IMG/VR virus record: IMGVR_UViG_3300042527_000802
Coordinates: 32,001 to 96,000 of that record
Direction: 5' to 3' (one strand)
DNA length: 64,000 nucleotides
From: a virus
The position numbers and the translations under genes were made by a program. Below the pieces are notes generated by a model. The model was not told where the DNA came from, did not search any database, and saw only the letters and a list, made by a program, of their open reading frames with translations. Shown piece after piece: positions 48,088 through 57,504 of the stretch; positions within the stretch are counted from its first letter, which is position 1, and every line of letters starts with the position of its first letter.

Positions 48088-49672
48088 TTGCGGATGTTCA
48101 TTTGACATAGTAGATAAGAACAAGTTAATATTTTCTCCTAAGATCACAGATATTAATTTACAATGTTCTAAAACTTGGGAACTGATTTCGGATGGTAATA
48201 CCAAAGGAATCTTTCAATTAGAATCTAGACTTGGACAAATGATGGCTAAAAAATTAAAGCCAGAAAATATTGAACAGTTATCTGCTTTGATTGCTGTTTT
48301 AAGGCCAGGATCGCTAGAAGCCATGAGAGATGGTAAAAGTATTACTAATCATTATATAGATAGAAAAAATAGTAGAGAAAGCATAGACTATTTTCATCCT
48401 ATATTAGAGACAGTTTTACAAGATACCTTCGGAGAAATGATTTATCAAGAACAGGCGATGGAAATTTCCAGAGTAATTGCTGGATTTAATTTGCAAGAGG
48501 CGGATGAATTGCGTAAAAGTATTGGAAAAAAGAACACAGAGTTGATGGCTAAAGTTAAGACAAAATTTCTTAATGGATGTCAACAATTAGGCAAAGTAAC
48601 ACAGAAAGAAGCAGAAGAAATTTTTAGCTGGATCGAAAAAGCTCAAAGATATCAATTTAATCTTTCTCATTCTATGTCTTATGCTATGAACGCATACTTG
48701 TCTGCTTATACAAAAGCTCATTTCCCACAAGCGTTCTTTTGTTCCTATCTTAGATATGCCAAAGATAAAATTGATCCACAACAAGAGATCAAACAACTAA
48801 TTAAAAATGCTAATGAGATGGATATATTAGTTTGTTTACCAGATCTAAGATTATTAAATAAACTATTTTCTATCTTTAATAAGAACATATATTTTGGCAT
48901 CACAGATATTAAAGGTGTTGGATCATCTGTATTTGAGAAGATTTTAGAGCTAGATAAAAAATTCACTATTAAAAACTTAAACTATATCTCTACTATATTT
49001 TTTATATTACAAAATATTAATTCTACAGCAGCAAAAGCATTAATTTGTTGTGGTGCTATAGATTATTTTCGTAAAAATAGAACTGAAATGCTTTTTGAAT
49101 ATGAGTTAACATCCAATCTAACTAAAAAAGAAATAGAGCATTGTTCAACTATCATTGCTAATAATGGTAGTATACAAGATATCTTTAAATATCTAATTAA
49201 TCATCCTAAAGTGAATGTTAAGAGAAAAAAAGTAATACAGGATCTTTTATCAGCTAGTATAAATCCTCCTTATTCTCTAATAGACAAAATAGAATGGTTG
49301 GCAGACAATGAAGAGTCTCTACTAGGAACCGCTATATCATGTTCAAAATTAGACACATATGATATTACAATGACCAATACAAACTGTAGAGAATTTAAAA
49401 ACACAGACTATGCTAAAAAAATATTAATTGCTGGAGAAATTTCTAATATTAATATAGTCAAAACTAAAACTGGTAAAAATCCAGGACAAGAAATGGCATT
49501 CGTTAGTATAGAAGATCAGAGTGGAATTTTAGATTCGATTATATTTTTCCCTGACCAATATGATAAGTACAAGCATCATTTATTCCAAAGCAATATTTTG
49601 ATTTTTGCTGGCGATAAGGGTAAGACCAAAGACGGCCTAATCGTAGATAAATGTTTTGTTCCACGATCTTGA
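48068..49672 (+). CDS. dnaE: DNA polymerase III alpha, C-terminal part (fingers, HhH, OB)
   Basis: GIFQLES, LRPG, IYQEQ, ADELRKSIGKK, FNLSHSMSYA, DIKGVG, EMAFVSIED. Confidence 0.9.
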   Translation: MQKYKFSCGCSFDIVDKNKLIFSPKITDINLQCSKTWELISDGNTKGIFQLESRLGQMMAKKLKPENIEQLSALIAVLRPGSLEAMRDGKSITNHYIDRKNSRESIDYFHPILETVLQDTFGEMIYQEQAMEISRVIAGFNLQEADELRKSIGKKNTELMAKVKTKFLNGCQQLGKVTQKEAEEIFSWIEKAQRYQFNLSHSMSYAMNAYLSAYTKAHFPQAFFCSYLRYAKDKIDPQQEIKQLIKNANEMDILVCLPDLRLLNKLFSIFNKNIYFGITDIKGVGSSVFEKILELDKKFTIKNLNYISTIFFILQNINSTAAKALICCGAIDYFRKNRTEMLFEYELTSNLTKKEIEHCSTIIANNGSIQDIFKYLINHPKVNVKRKKVIQDLLSASINPPYSLIDKIEWLADNEESLLGTAISCSKLDTYDITMTNTNCREFKNTDYAKKILIAGEISNINIVKTKTGKNPGQEMAFVSIEDQSGILDSIIFFPDQYDKYKHHLFQSNILIFAGDKGKTKDGLIVDKCFVPRS

Positions 49673-49696
49673 CACTGTGGCACCGGATGCTATAAT
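49669..49696 (+). promoter_or_regulatory. Consensus sigma70 promoter TTGACA-N16-TATAAT with extended -10 TG
   Basis: Perfect hexamers upstream of ssb. Confidence 0.85.
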
Positions 49697-49736
49697 AGAT
49701 TAGTGATTTGTTTTTTAACTTTTGAGGAGATTCAGA

Positions 49737-50114
49737 ATGAATATTACATTGCTAAAGGGTAATCTAGCTCGCGATCCAGAAGTAAGAGTTGTAACAACTG
49801 GAAATAAGCAAACTTCTGTTGTTAATTTTACAGTTGCTACTTCTAGAGAGTACACTAAGGCTAATGGCGACAAGGATAAGATTACATCTTTTATTAATTG
49901 CGAAGCTTGGGATAGTGGTGCGGAAATTATTGCTAATTCGTTTAAGAAAGGCGATCTGGTACTAATTGAAGGATCTCTTAGAAATGATAGTTGGGAAAAG
50001 GATGGAGTTAAGCATAGTACCCTAAAGGTACGCGTAAATAATTTCTCCAAGATTACAAGACTATCTAATCCTAAGTCAAAGTCAACAGAAGAAGCAGAGC
50101 CTGTTGCCTTTTGA
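49737..50114 (+). CDS. ssb: Single-stranded DNA-binding protein
   Basis: MNITLLKGNLARDPE, FTVAT, INCEAW, KKGDLVLIEGSL, acidic tail ending VAF; SD GAGGAG. Confidence 0.93.
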   Translation: MNITLLKGNLARDPEVRVVTTGNKQTSVVNFTVATSREYTKANGDKDKITSFINCEAWDSGAEIIANSFKKGDLVLIEGSLRNDSWEKDGVKHSTLKVRVNNFSKITRLSNPKSKSTEEAEPVAF

Positions 50115-50137
50115 TTCTAACCTATAGGAACTTTAGG

Positions 50138-50172
50138 AATAAGATTGGGGGCTAACCACCCCCATTCTTATT
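50138..50172 (+). terminator. Stem-loop after ssb, probable terminator
   Basis: AATAAGATTGGGGG / CCCCCATTCTTATT, 14-bp stem with one mismatch and a 7-nt loop. Confidence 0.65.
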
Positions 50173-50181
50173 ATCTACACA

Positions 50182-51861
50182 ATGCAATCATCTAACCAAA
50201 AATTAAGAATATTATTCGCAGCAGAAGCAAGTTTTGTTAACTCTGGTTTTGGAAATTATACTAGAGAATTATTAACCAGACTACATGCTACAAATAAATA
50301 TCATATAGCAGAGTTTGCTTCTTATGGCTTTGTCAATGATCCACGAGATAAAGATATAAAGTGGAGATATTATGCAAATGCTGTTAAGGATGGGGATCCT
50401 AGACATCAAGAATATATGTCGCGTGGAGACAATCAGTTTGGTAGATGGAGATTTGATAAAGTTGTTCTAGATTTCAAACCACATGTTGTTATTGATTGGC
50501 GTGACTATTGGATGAGTTCATATCAAGGTATATCTCCATTAAGGCCATATTTTAATTGGGTTCTTATGCCAACGGTAGACTCCGCTCCACAGCAAGAATC
50601 ATGGATCGATACATATTTAGATGCCGATGCTATATTTACTTACTCTGATTGGGGAGCAAAAGTAATACTAGAACAAAGTAATAATAAAATCAATTACATA
50701 GATACAACAAGACCTGGTGTTGATCTAAAAATTTTTAAGCCATATGATGATATTAAAGCAATAAAAAATAGATTGGGTCTGCCAGAAGATAGTTATATTA
50801 TTGGAACCGTTATGCGTAATCAAAAACGTAAACTTTTCCCAGAATTAATGAAAGCATTTCGCCAATTATTAGACGAAATGTATGCAGAAGGATCTAAAGA
50901 AGCAGATAAGCTCTATTTATATCTACACACCAGTTATCCTGATGCTGGGTGGGATCTTCCAGAATTGCTCAAAGAACATAGACTATTAAATAGGGTTTAT
51001 TTTACCTATAGATGTCATAGATGTGGCGATGTTGCCGCTAATGTATATTCACATCCAACAAAAATATGTAAAAAATGCTTTGAGCCATCAAGCAAATTTA
51101 CTAGCGTTACAAATGGTGTTGATAATCCAACCCTATCTGACATATACAATGTTTTTGATCTGTACGTACAATATGCTATTTGTGAAGGTGCTGGTATGCC
51201 ACAAATAGAAGCAGCCGCATGTGGTGTTCCAATAGCAACAGTAAATTATAGTGCTATGATAGATGTGATAAATAAACTAGATGCCTATCCTATAAAGATC
51301 GGAGCATTCTTCAAAGAGCTAGAAACTAAAGCTGTTAGAGCATATCCGGACAATAACGATTTAGTTAAAATTATTAAAAAGCATATAAGATTACGACCAA
51401 ATCAACTAAAAGAAAAAAAGAAAAATGTCAGAAGTCTTGCTGAAAGGTACTACGATTGGGACCATACTGCAAAAATATGGGAAAATTTCTTAGACTCTCC
51501 ACATTTATTCCATGCACGACGATCATGGAATGATCCACCAACTTATCTACCAGCGCCAAATATTAACGCGCAAGATTTAGATATTAAAAATGGCTTTTTC
51601 AATATATATAATATGTGTTCAAATAATTTGAAAGATATTAGTAAAATGTCTACCATGTCCATATTAGATATGTGCAAAGACGCCACTCATGGATTTACAC
51701 AAAATGGATTAAATATACAGAACGCTGCATATCAAGATGTAGCAAATAATATTTCGGTTATGGTCAATAACCATAATCAGGCGGAAAGAGCAAGAACAGA
51801 AAATATAAAATTTAATGAAGATTTTATTAAATATGCAGAGATAAAGGAGTCTTGTTCATGA
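50182..51861 (+). CDS. GT4 glycosyltransferase with zinc-finger insertion
   Basis: SGFGNY, PGVD, VMRNQKRK, CHRC...CKKC, CEGAGMPQIEAAACGVP, YDWD. Confidence 0.88.
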   Translation: MQSSNQKLRILFAAEASFVNSGFGNYTRELLTRLHATNKYHIAEFASYGFVNDPRDKDIKWRYYANAVKDGDPRHQEYMSRGDNQFGRWRFDKVVLDFKPHVVIDWRDYWMSSYQGISPLRPYFNWVLMPTVDSAPQQESWIDTYLDADAIFTYSDWGAKVILEQSNNKINYIDTTRPGVDLKIFKPYDDIKAIKNRLGLPEDSYIIGTVMRNQKRKLFPELMKAFRQLLDEMYAEGSKEADKLYLYLHTSYPDAGWDLPELLKEHRLLNRVYFTYRCHRCGDVAANVYSHPTKICKKCFEPSSKFTSVTNGVDNPTLSDIYNVFDLYVQYAICEGAGMPQIEAAACGVPIATVNYSAMIDVINKLDAYPIKIGAFFKELETKAVRAYPDNNDLVKIIKKHIRLRPNQLKEKKKNVRSLAERYYDWDHTAKIWENFLDSPHLFHARRSWNDPPTYLPAPNINAQDLDIKNGFFNIYNMCSNNLKDISKMSTMSILDMCKDATHGFTQNGLNIQNAAYQDVANNISVMVNNHNQAERARTENIKFNEDFIKYAEIKESCS

Positions 51862-52853
51862 ACACTCTGTATATAGGACCATATAAAAATAATAACATAT
51901 TGAGTATTAGTAGTCTAGATATTATAGACTGTCTTAACAATAGTACTAAAATAGAACATCTATCTATTAGACCTATCTATGTAAACAATAATCAAAATAA
52001 TCATAAAAGTCTAATAATCTCTAATTTGGAAAGAACAAAGTATTTAGAATCATATGATATGGTTATTCAACATGGCCCAGTTCAACTTTTATTAGATTAT
52101 CTTCCGATATCATCAAAAAATGTTGCCATACCTCTTTTGGATAAAATCTATAATAGAAATAGATACTTTGAGTCTTTAGCTAATTTTGATCTAATATTAG
52201 TTGATACAGAAGAATATCATGACTTCTTAACGTCGGGATACGGATTCAAAAACGTAAGGATATTTGACTACTATGGATTGTATCACAATACAAAAACCTT
52301 AGATTTTAGCACTTGTAGATCAGATAAAAAGATTTATTACATAGGTCTGTATGACTCTGCTATAATAGAGAAAATTATTCGGGCATTTTATTTAGCGTCC
52401 ACAGGTACGGATAACGTATCATTAATGCTGTTTATTAATCAGCCACCAGATACGATACCCGAAGATTTCAATAAAAAGATTCAAGAGATACAAAAGTCGC
52501 TAAATATCAATAGTGTTAATGATAATATAAATTTATTTTTCAAGTATTTCGACACTGACGAGATAATCTCTATGCATAATTCTTGTGACATTTATATTGA
52601 TCTTTGTAATTATAATGCTGATTCTGGCTTTAACCGATACCTTGCTAGGAATAAAAATAAGACTATTATTGATAGAACAAAACTTGATACATATAATGAG
52701 TTTGCATTTCATAACAATGGATATATTTATCCAGAAACTATACAAGACTTTAGTTGTTTTTCTTTGGCGAGAGCGATTGGCGACTCTTTGACTTATGAAA
52801 ACAAACATAAACACACAAAATATCCAAATATAGCCGAGATTGTATGTCAATAA
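51858..52853 (+). CDS. Degenerate GT-B glycosyltransferase-like protein
   Basis: LYIGPY, IYYIG, IIRAFY, MHNSCDIYI; the E-X7-E motif is absent. Confidence 0.55.
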   Translation: MNTLYIGPYKNNNILSISSLDIIDCLNNSTKIEHLSIRPIYVNNNQNNHKSLIISNLERTKYLESYDMVIQHGPVQLLLDYLPISSKNVAIPLLDKIYNRNRYFESLANFDLILVDTEEYHDFLTSGYGFKNVRIFDYYGLYHNTKTLDFSTCRSDKKIYYIGLYDSAIIEKIIRAFYLASTGTDNVSLMLFINQPPDTIPEDFNKKIQEIQKSLNINSVNDNINLFFKYFDTDEIISMHNSCDIYIDLCNYNADSGFNRYLARNKNKTIIDRTKLDTYNEFAFHNNGYIYPETIQDFSCFSLARAIGDSLTYENKHKHTKYPNIAEIVCQ

Positions 52854-53713
52854 ATTATCCAATAAGTAATATTATTCATGGTATTCTTTTTAATAAAGGA
52901 ATAGGTTCTTTAAATATAGCATATAATCCAATTGGTGGCCTATATGATCTAGCTATCAATGATCTTAAAAAATATCAATTTATATCTGATAATATGATAT
53001 TTGATAATAAATTAATAAACTATGGATTAAGCTTTATTAATGATCCGGTTAATTATTCTCAAAATATAGAGAAGTATAAGAAATTATATGCAAACAAGAT
53101 ATTGTTTATGCATAATCCTATTCCCAACTTCTTTAAAAAAGAAGATGTATTTTTGATGAATAGTCATTTATCAAATTATACGATATATTCATTTACTAAT
53201 TCTCAACCAGAAGTTTTACCAAATAAGAAATATATAAAGTATGGACTAAAAATAAGATCAACCAAGATAGCATCTGATAGATCTAATAATGTAGCCATAT
53301 TATATAATACAGAAGAAAAACAAGCTAAAATACTTCATAGTGTCATATCATCTAAATTCACTAATATAGAATTAATAGATATAAAAAATATAAAAGATAT
53401 AGTTTCTATTGAAGAAAAATTAAACAATACAAAAATCTGTATAGATACAACAGATTATTACAATGTTTTATTTGGAGTATCTTGTGGCTGTTACGGATTG
53501 ACATCACTAGTCAATAATGATCAAGCAATAGTGTCAAGAATAGATAATTTTGAAAATTGTCTTAATATGATTGAACAAATCTTAACTTCTTATAGTCAAA
53601 ATACTATTGACAACAGTACACAATATTTGGAAGCAAATTATAACTATGATAGTTTTGTTACTATTATAGATACCATCATTTCTAATAACTACTATATATC
53701 AGTACAACTATGA
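52844..53713 (+). CDS. Degenerate GT-B-like protein
   Basis: LNNTKICID...GVSCGC, NYNYDSF near the C-terminus. Confidence 0.45.
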   Translation: MSINYPISNIIHGILFNKGIGSLNIAYNPIGGLYDLAINDLKKYQFISDNMIFDNKLINYGLSFINDPVNYSQNIEKYKKLYANKILFMHNPIPNFFKKEDVFLMNSHLSNYTIYSFTNSQPEVLPNKKYIKYGLKIRSTKIASDRSNNVAILYNTEEKQAKILHSVISSKFTNIELIDIKNIKDIVSIEEKLNNTKICIDTTDYYNVLFGVSCGCYGLTSLVNNDQAIVSRIDNFENCLNMIEQILTSYSQNTIDNSTQYLEANYNYDSFVTIIDTIISNNYYISVQL

Positions 53714-54138
53714 GTAAAAAAATAAACTTAGTCACAGGAAATCAACAATCTTCTCAACCGCTTGGTCCGGGAATAGATAACTTTAATGTTGAGCATTTAG
53801 GCTCATTATTCAGTTGTTCTATAGACGCAGTATATTGTTATATGTTTAATCTTTTTGACGAGACAAATGCATATAATGCTTTAGATACTATTTTAGATAA
53901 AATTAAGCCCGGTGGAGCTTTATTATTATCTATTCCAAATCTAAAAAGGATTGCTAAACTTTTTATTGATGGTACGATGCCAGATAAAGACTTCTTTCAA
54001 AATATTAGATCTATCAATAATACTATATCATATAATGATATCATCAAATATTGTAAACAAAAAAATAATCTTGTTGTGGCTGATCTAAAGAAAGAAGAAA
54101 TTTTATCATTTATAACAATAAATAAAACAGGAATCTAA
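53710..54138 (+). CDS. Degenerate class I methyltransferase-like protein
   Basis: CSIDAVY...LDKIKPGGALLLSIPNL; no GxGxG motif. Confidence 0.5.
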   Translation: MSKKINLVTGNQQSSQPLGPGIDNFNVEHLGSLFSCSIDAVYCYMFNLFDETNAYNALDTILDKIKPGGALLLSIPNLKRIAKLFIDGTMPDKDFFQNIRSINNTISYNDIIKYCKQKNNLVVADLKKEEILSFITINKTGI

Positions 54139-54139
54139 T

Positions 54140-54901
54140 ATGGCAAACACTCACTGTAAATTGTGTCTATATGCTAAAGAAGTAACTTCTGATGAACCGT
54201 GTGAGTTCAATATAATATCATATATTAAAGATATTAAAGAAATCTCCACTCTAGATGATTATTTTTATATCAAAAATTATAAATGTTCATATGGATTTTC
54301 TAAAGATAAATATCTTAATGAAAAAAATGAGTTAGATTCTATAGATCTAAAGCAACATATTATTCAAGAAGCTAAAATCTCATATTATCTTGTTGTCGAT
54401 ATGAGATCACTAAATAATGAGCAAATTACAACATGCGTAGACTACATAAATAATCTAGATATTAAACCAAAATTTTTATCATTAATAGTTAGAACATCAA
54501 CAAATATATTAGAAAAAATTGATATATTTAATAAAACCGTTGCTAAAGAAATTAAATGGAAAGCTCATGCATTTATTGAAGATGTAACATTTAATAGCTG
54601 TTTGAACATAGCTGCAGAAACCAATGTAGCAGATTCTAACTGTCAATTCCTTATGGCAATCGATGGTGGAAAAGAAAATAATTTAATAAATGATATGGTA
54701 AATCATTGTCATTATATGTTTAAAGTTCTTCAAGATAATGTTCATATAATAATGAAATCTCCCGATGATCTGAATGGAATTTTTATTCCTGTTACTATAT
54801 ACAAGTCTATGATTAATGCTATTGGTGGTGATTTAATTAAAGCCTTATCCATGATACCCAATATCATTATTAAAAACTATGAAATTGAAAAATCAATATA
54901 A
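54140..54901 (+). CDS. Hypothetical protein with N-terminal Cys cluster, possible degenerate GT-A fold
   Basis: CKLC...C...C; TFNSCLNIAA...FLMAIDGG. Confidence 0.4.
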   Translation: MANTHCKLCLYAKEVTSDEPCEFNIISYIKDIKEISTLDDYFYIKNYKCSYGFSKDKYLNEKNELDSIDLKQHIIQEAKISYYLVVDMRSLNNEQITTCVDYINNLDIKPKFLSLIVRTSTNILEKIDIFNKTVAKEIKWKAHAFIEDVTFNSCLNIAAETNVADSNCQFLMAIDGGKENNLINDMVNHCHYMFKVLQDNVHIIMKSPDDLNGIFIPVTIYKSMINAIGGDLIKALSMIPNIIIKNYEIEKSI

Positions 54902-55586
54902 TGCTATCTTATTAGTATCAGACATTACTAAGGGTATGAAATCGATTGGGTCTAAATCATTATTGGAAGTATCTAAAAATTTAACCGTAATAGACTATCA
55001 AATACAATATCTAAAAAGATTCTATTATCCAGTTAACATTTATATTTGTACAGGGTTTGAGCATGATAAGATTGTTAAAAAAACTAGCAAATATAAAAAT
55101 ATAACTTATGTATACAATGCAGATTATGATGATGATAATCAATCAGGATCATTGATAAAATGTCTTCAGGAATATTCAATTAATAATGCTATAGTAATAA
55201 ATAACGGAATTTTACCACTGGATAAATTAACGATAGATATACTATATTCATCTATTCCTATTACTTCAAAAGACCCAAAGACGCAATTTGACATAGGATG
55301 TAATGATACCAATCAAATTAAATACCTATTCTATGATCTGCCTAATAGATGGTTGGAATTTGCATATTTAAATAAACAAACAATTGAAAAGATTATTGAA
55401 TTATATAAAGATAAAAAATATAATAAGCTATTTCTGTTTGAACTTCTTAATATACTAATGGATCACGGAGTAGATCTAAAAGCAACCGTTATCAACAAAA
55501 ATCTACCTATCAAAATAAATACTATAAAAGATTTATCCATAGCAAAGAAACATTATGACAAATATTTGTATCACAAGACAAAATAG
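54879..55586 (+). CDS. Degenerate NTP-transferase (LicC/GlmU-like)
   Basis: AILL....KGMKSIGSKSLL, IDYQI, ICTGFE, VYN.DY...N..GSL, INTIKDL; GxGxR is lost. Confidence 0.65.
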   Translation: MKLKNQYNAILLVSDITKGMKSIGSKSLLEVSKNLTVIDYQIQYLKRFYYPVNIYICTGFEHDKIVKKTSKYKNITYVYNADYDDDNQSGSLIKCLQEYSINNAIVINNGILPLDKLTIDILYSSIPITSKDPKTQFDIGCNDTNQIKYLFYDLPNRWLEFAYLNKQTIEKIIELYKDKKYNKLFLFELLNILMDHGVDLKATVINKNLPIKINTIKDLSIAKKHYDKYLYHKTK

Positions 55587-56277
55587 TAAATTTAATAGAA
55601 ATATATTTTACTATAAAAACAGTAATTATAATATGATTGAGTATGTGTCAGGGTATGGTATTTATAAATATTACTTTGGTATGAATACTAATATAGACCT
55701 GATGATTATTAATGCCTCTATCTTAAGTCCAGAAATAGAATCATTTATTCAAGAATTTCATCAAAAAATCAAATTTATTGTCTATAACGATAATGACACA
55801 AAAATCTTTTCTGATAAATATAGTAATTTCATATATAAATTCTTAGTTCATGAGTCATTGGGGCTATCAAATGAAATTATTTTACCAAAGCATATTATTA
55901 ATGATAAGATTTTTCATAGTCTAGACATTAAACACAAACAGAAGCAATATATCTATTTTCTAGACAATATATCGTCCATACCCATTCAACTTGAACAAAT
56001 TTTATATCCTAATACTGTCGAGCCAATCAAAATGTTCAATGGTAATAATATAAAACACTATCAGCACTTAGGACACATAACAGAGGAAGTTAGAAAAGAT
56101 CTTCTTTTAGAATCATCTGATTATCTTTATAGTAATAATGACTATCTAATGGAAGCAAAGTTATGTGGCTGTAATCTTATAGACATTAGCGGACAGTCTG
56201 TAGATCTCAACAAAACATCAGATATTACAACAGAATATACAACATACGGCGACATTCTTAAGGTATTAGTATGCTAA
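55555..56277 (+). CDS. Degenerate GT-B-like protein
   Basis: HLGHITEE..KDLL...YLMEAKLCGC. Confidence 0.45.
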   Translation: MTNICITRQNSKFNRNIFYYKNSNYNMIEYVSGYGIYKYYFGMNTNIDLMIINASILSPEIESFIQEFHQKIKFIVYNDNDTKIFSDKYSNFIYKFLVHESLGLSNEIILPKHIINDKIFHSLDIKHKQKQYIYFLDNISSIPIQLEQILYPNTVEPIKMFNGNNIKHYQHLGHITEEVRKDLLLESSDYLYSNNDYLMEAKLCGCNLIDISGQSVDLNKTSDITTEYTTYGDILKVLVC

Positions 56278-56732
56278 AAAATAATATAGGATTCATGATC
56301 CCGGTGCTAGAGAATAATAATTTCTGCACCCATCTCTGCTCAATCGTTAAATCATTTATTGTTAATAACAAAAAGTTAGATTTTTGCATATTTAATCAAT
56401 ATTGCGAAATGCATGATACTTATAATGTTCCATTATTACCAATAAGCCATGCTAGATATTTTGAAGGAGATTTATTTGTTTTTGATATATCATCATTGTT
56501 GTTAAGTGTTAATTTTCCAAAAACTAACAATATATATTTCTTTACAAATTCAACACCTTGGACAGCATCATATAATAACTATATAGAATGGAAAAATATA
56601 TTTAACAAATCTAATGTAAAAATAATATCAAACACCAAACACATTCATGATATTTATACTATTGCATGGAATAATAGTATCGGAATAGCGGAGAATATGA
56701 CATATGACACAATCTATAAATGTATACTCTGA
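56271..56732 (+). CDS. Hypothetical protein (GT N-domain-like fragment)
   Basis: ORF coupled to neighbours; weak resemblance only. Confidence 0.4.
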   Translation: MLKNNIGFMIPVLENNNFCTHLCSIVKSFIVNNKKLDFCIFNQYCEMHDTYNVPLLPISHARYFEGDLFVFDISSLLLSVNFPKTNNIYFFTNSTPWTASYNNYIEWKNIFNKSNVKIISNTKHIHDIYTIAWNNSIGIAENMTYDTIYKCIL

Positions 56733-57504
56733 TTTAACAGATTCAGAAAAAAAGAGCTTATTACATAAACTTTATATAGGAGATAAGCTAAGTTTTGCTT
56801 CTATTGCTAAAAAATATAATACGTATGCGAATAGAATTCGTAGAGACGCTGTTAAGCTTGGTATAGAGATTAGAGATAAATCAGAAGCGCAAAAGAATGC
56901 CTTGGAAACAGGATCTCATTGTCATCCAACAAAAGGCAAAGAAAGATCAGAAAAAACCAAGCAGCAAATAGGCGCTTCTGTTATGAATGCATGGGATAAC
57001 TTATCAGAAAGTGAACTTGAAGCAAGAAAAGAACAGAGCAGACAAAATTGGGAAAATCTTGATGATTATACCAAAGAAAATATATTAAAGATGGCAAATG
57101 AAGCTGTTAGACTAGCAAGTAAAACAGGATCAAAACTTGAGAAATATTTATTAAATAAATTGATGAAAGATTCCTATAAAGTTGATTTTCACAAAGAACA
57201 AACATTATCAAATACGAAGTTGCAGATAGACCTGTTTTTGCCTACCATGAACATAGCAATAGAAGTTGATGGTCCTAGTCATTTTGAACCAGTGTGGGGA
57301 GATGATTCTCTCAAGCGAAACAAAAAATACGATTCAAAAAAAGAAGGACTTATTATTGGTAAAGGATGGCATCTGATTAGAATAAAACAAACAAAGGACT
57401 TTTCTAAATCACGAGCAGATAGATTATATACTGAATTATTACAAGCAATTGGTCAAATAAATGGGAAAAATTCTTCACAAAAAATAATAATAGAGGACAA
57501 ATAA
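56704..57504 (+). CDS. HTH + helical repeats + DUF559/Vsr-like endonuclease (homing-endonuclease-like)
   Basis: LSFASIAKKY, KGKERSEKTKQQI (NUMOD3-like), SKLE, IDLF..NIAIEVDGPSH, GWHLIRI. Confidence 0.7.
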   Translation: MTQSINVYSDLTDSEKKSLLHKLYIGDKLSFASIAKKYNTYANRIRRDAVKLGIEIRDKSEAQKNALETGSHCHPTKGKERSEKTKQQIGASVMNAWDNLSESELEARKEQSRQNWENLDDYTKENILKMANEAVRLASKTGSKLEKYLLNKLMKDSYKVDFHKEQTLSNTKLQIDLFLPTMNIAIEVDGPSHFEPVWGDDSLKRNKKYDSKKEGLIIGKGWHLIRIKQTKDFSKSRADRLYTELLQAIGQINGKNSSQKIIIEDK

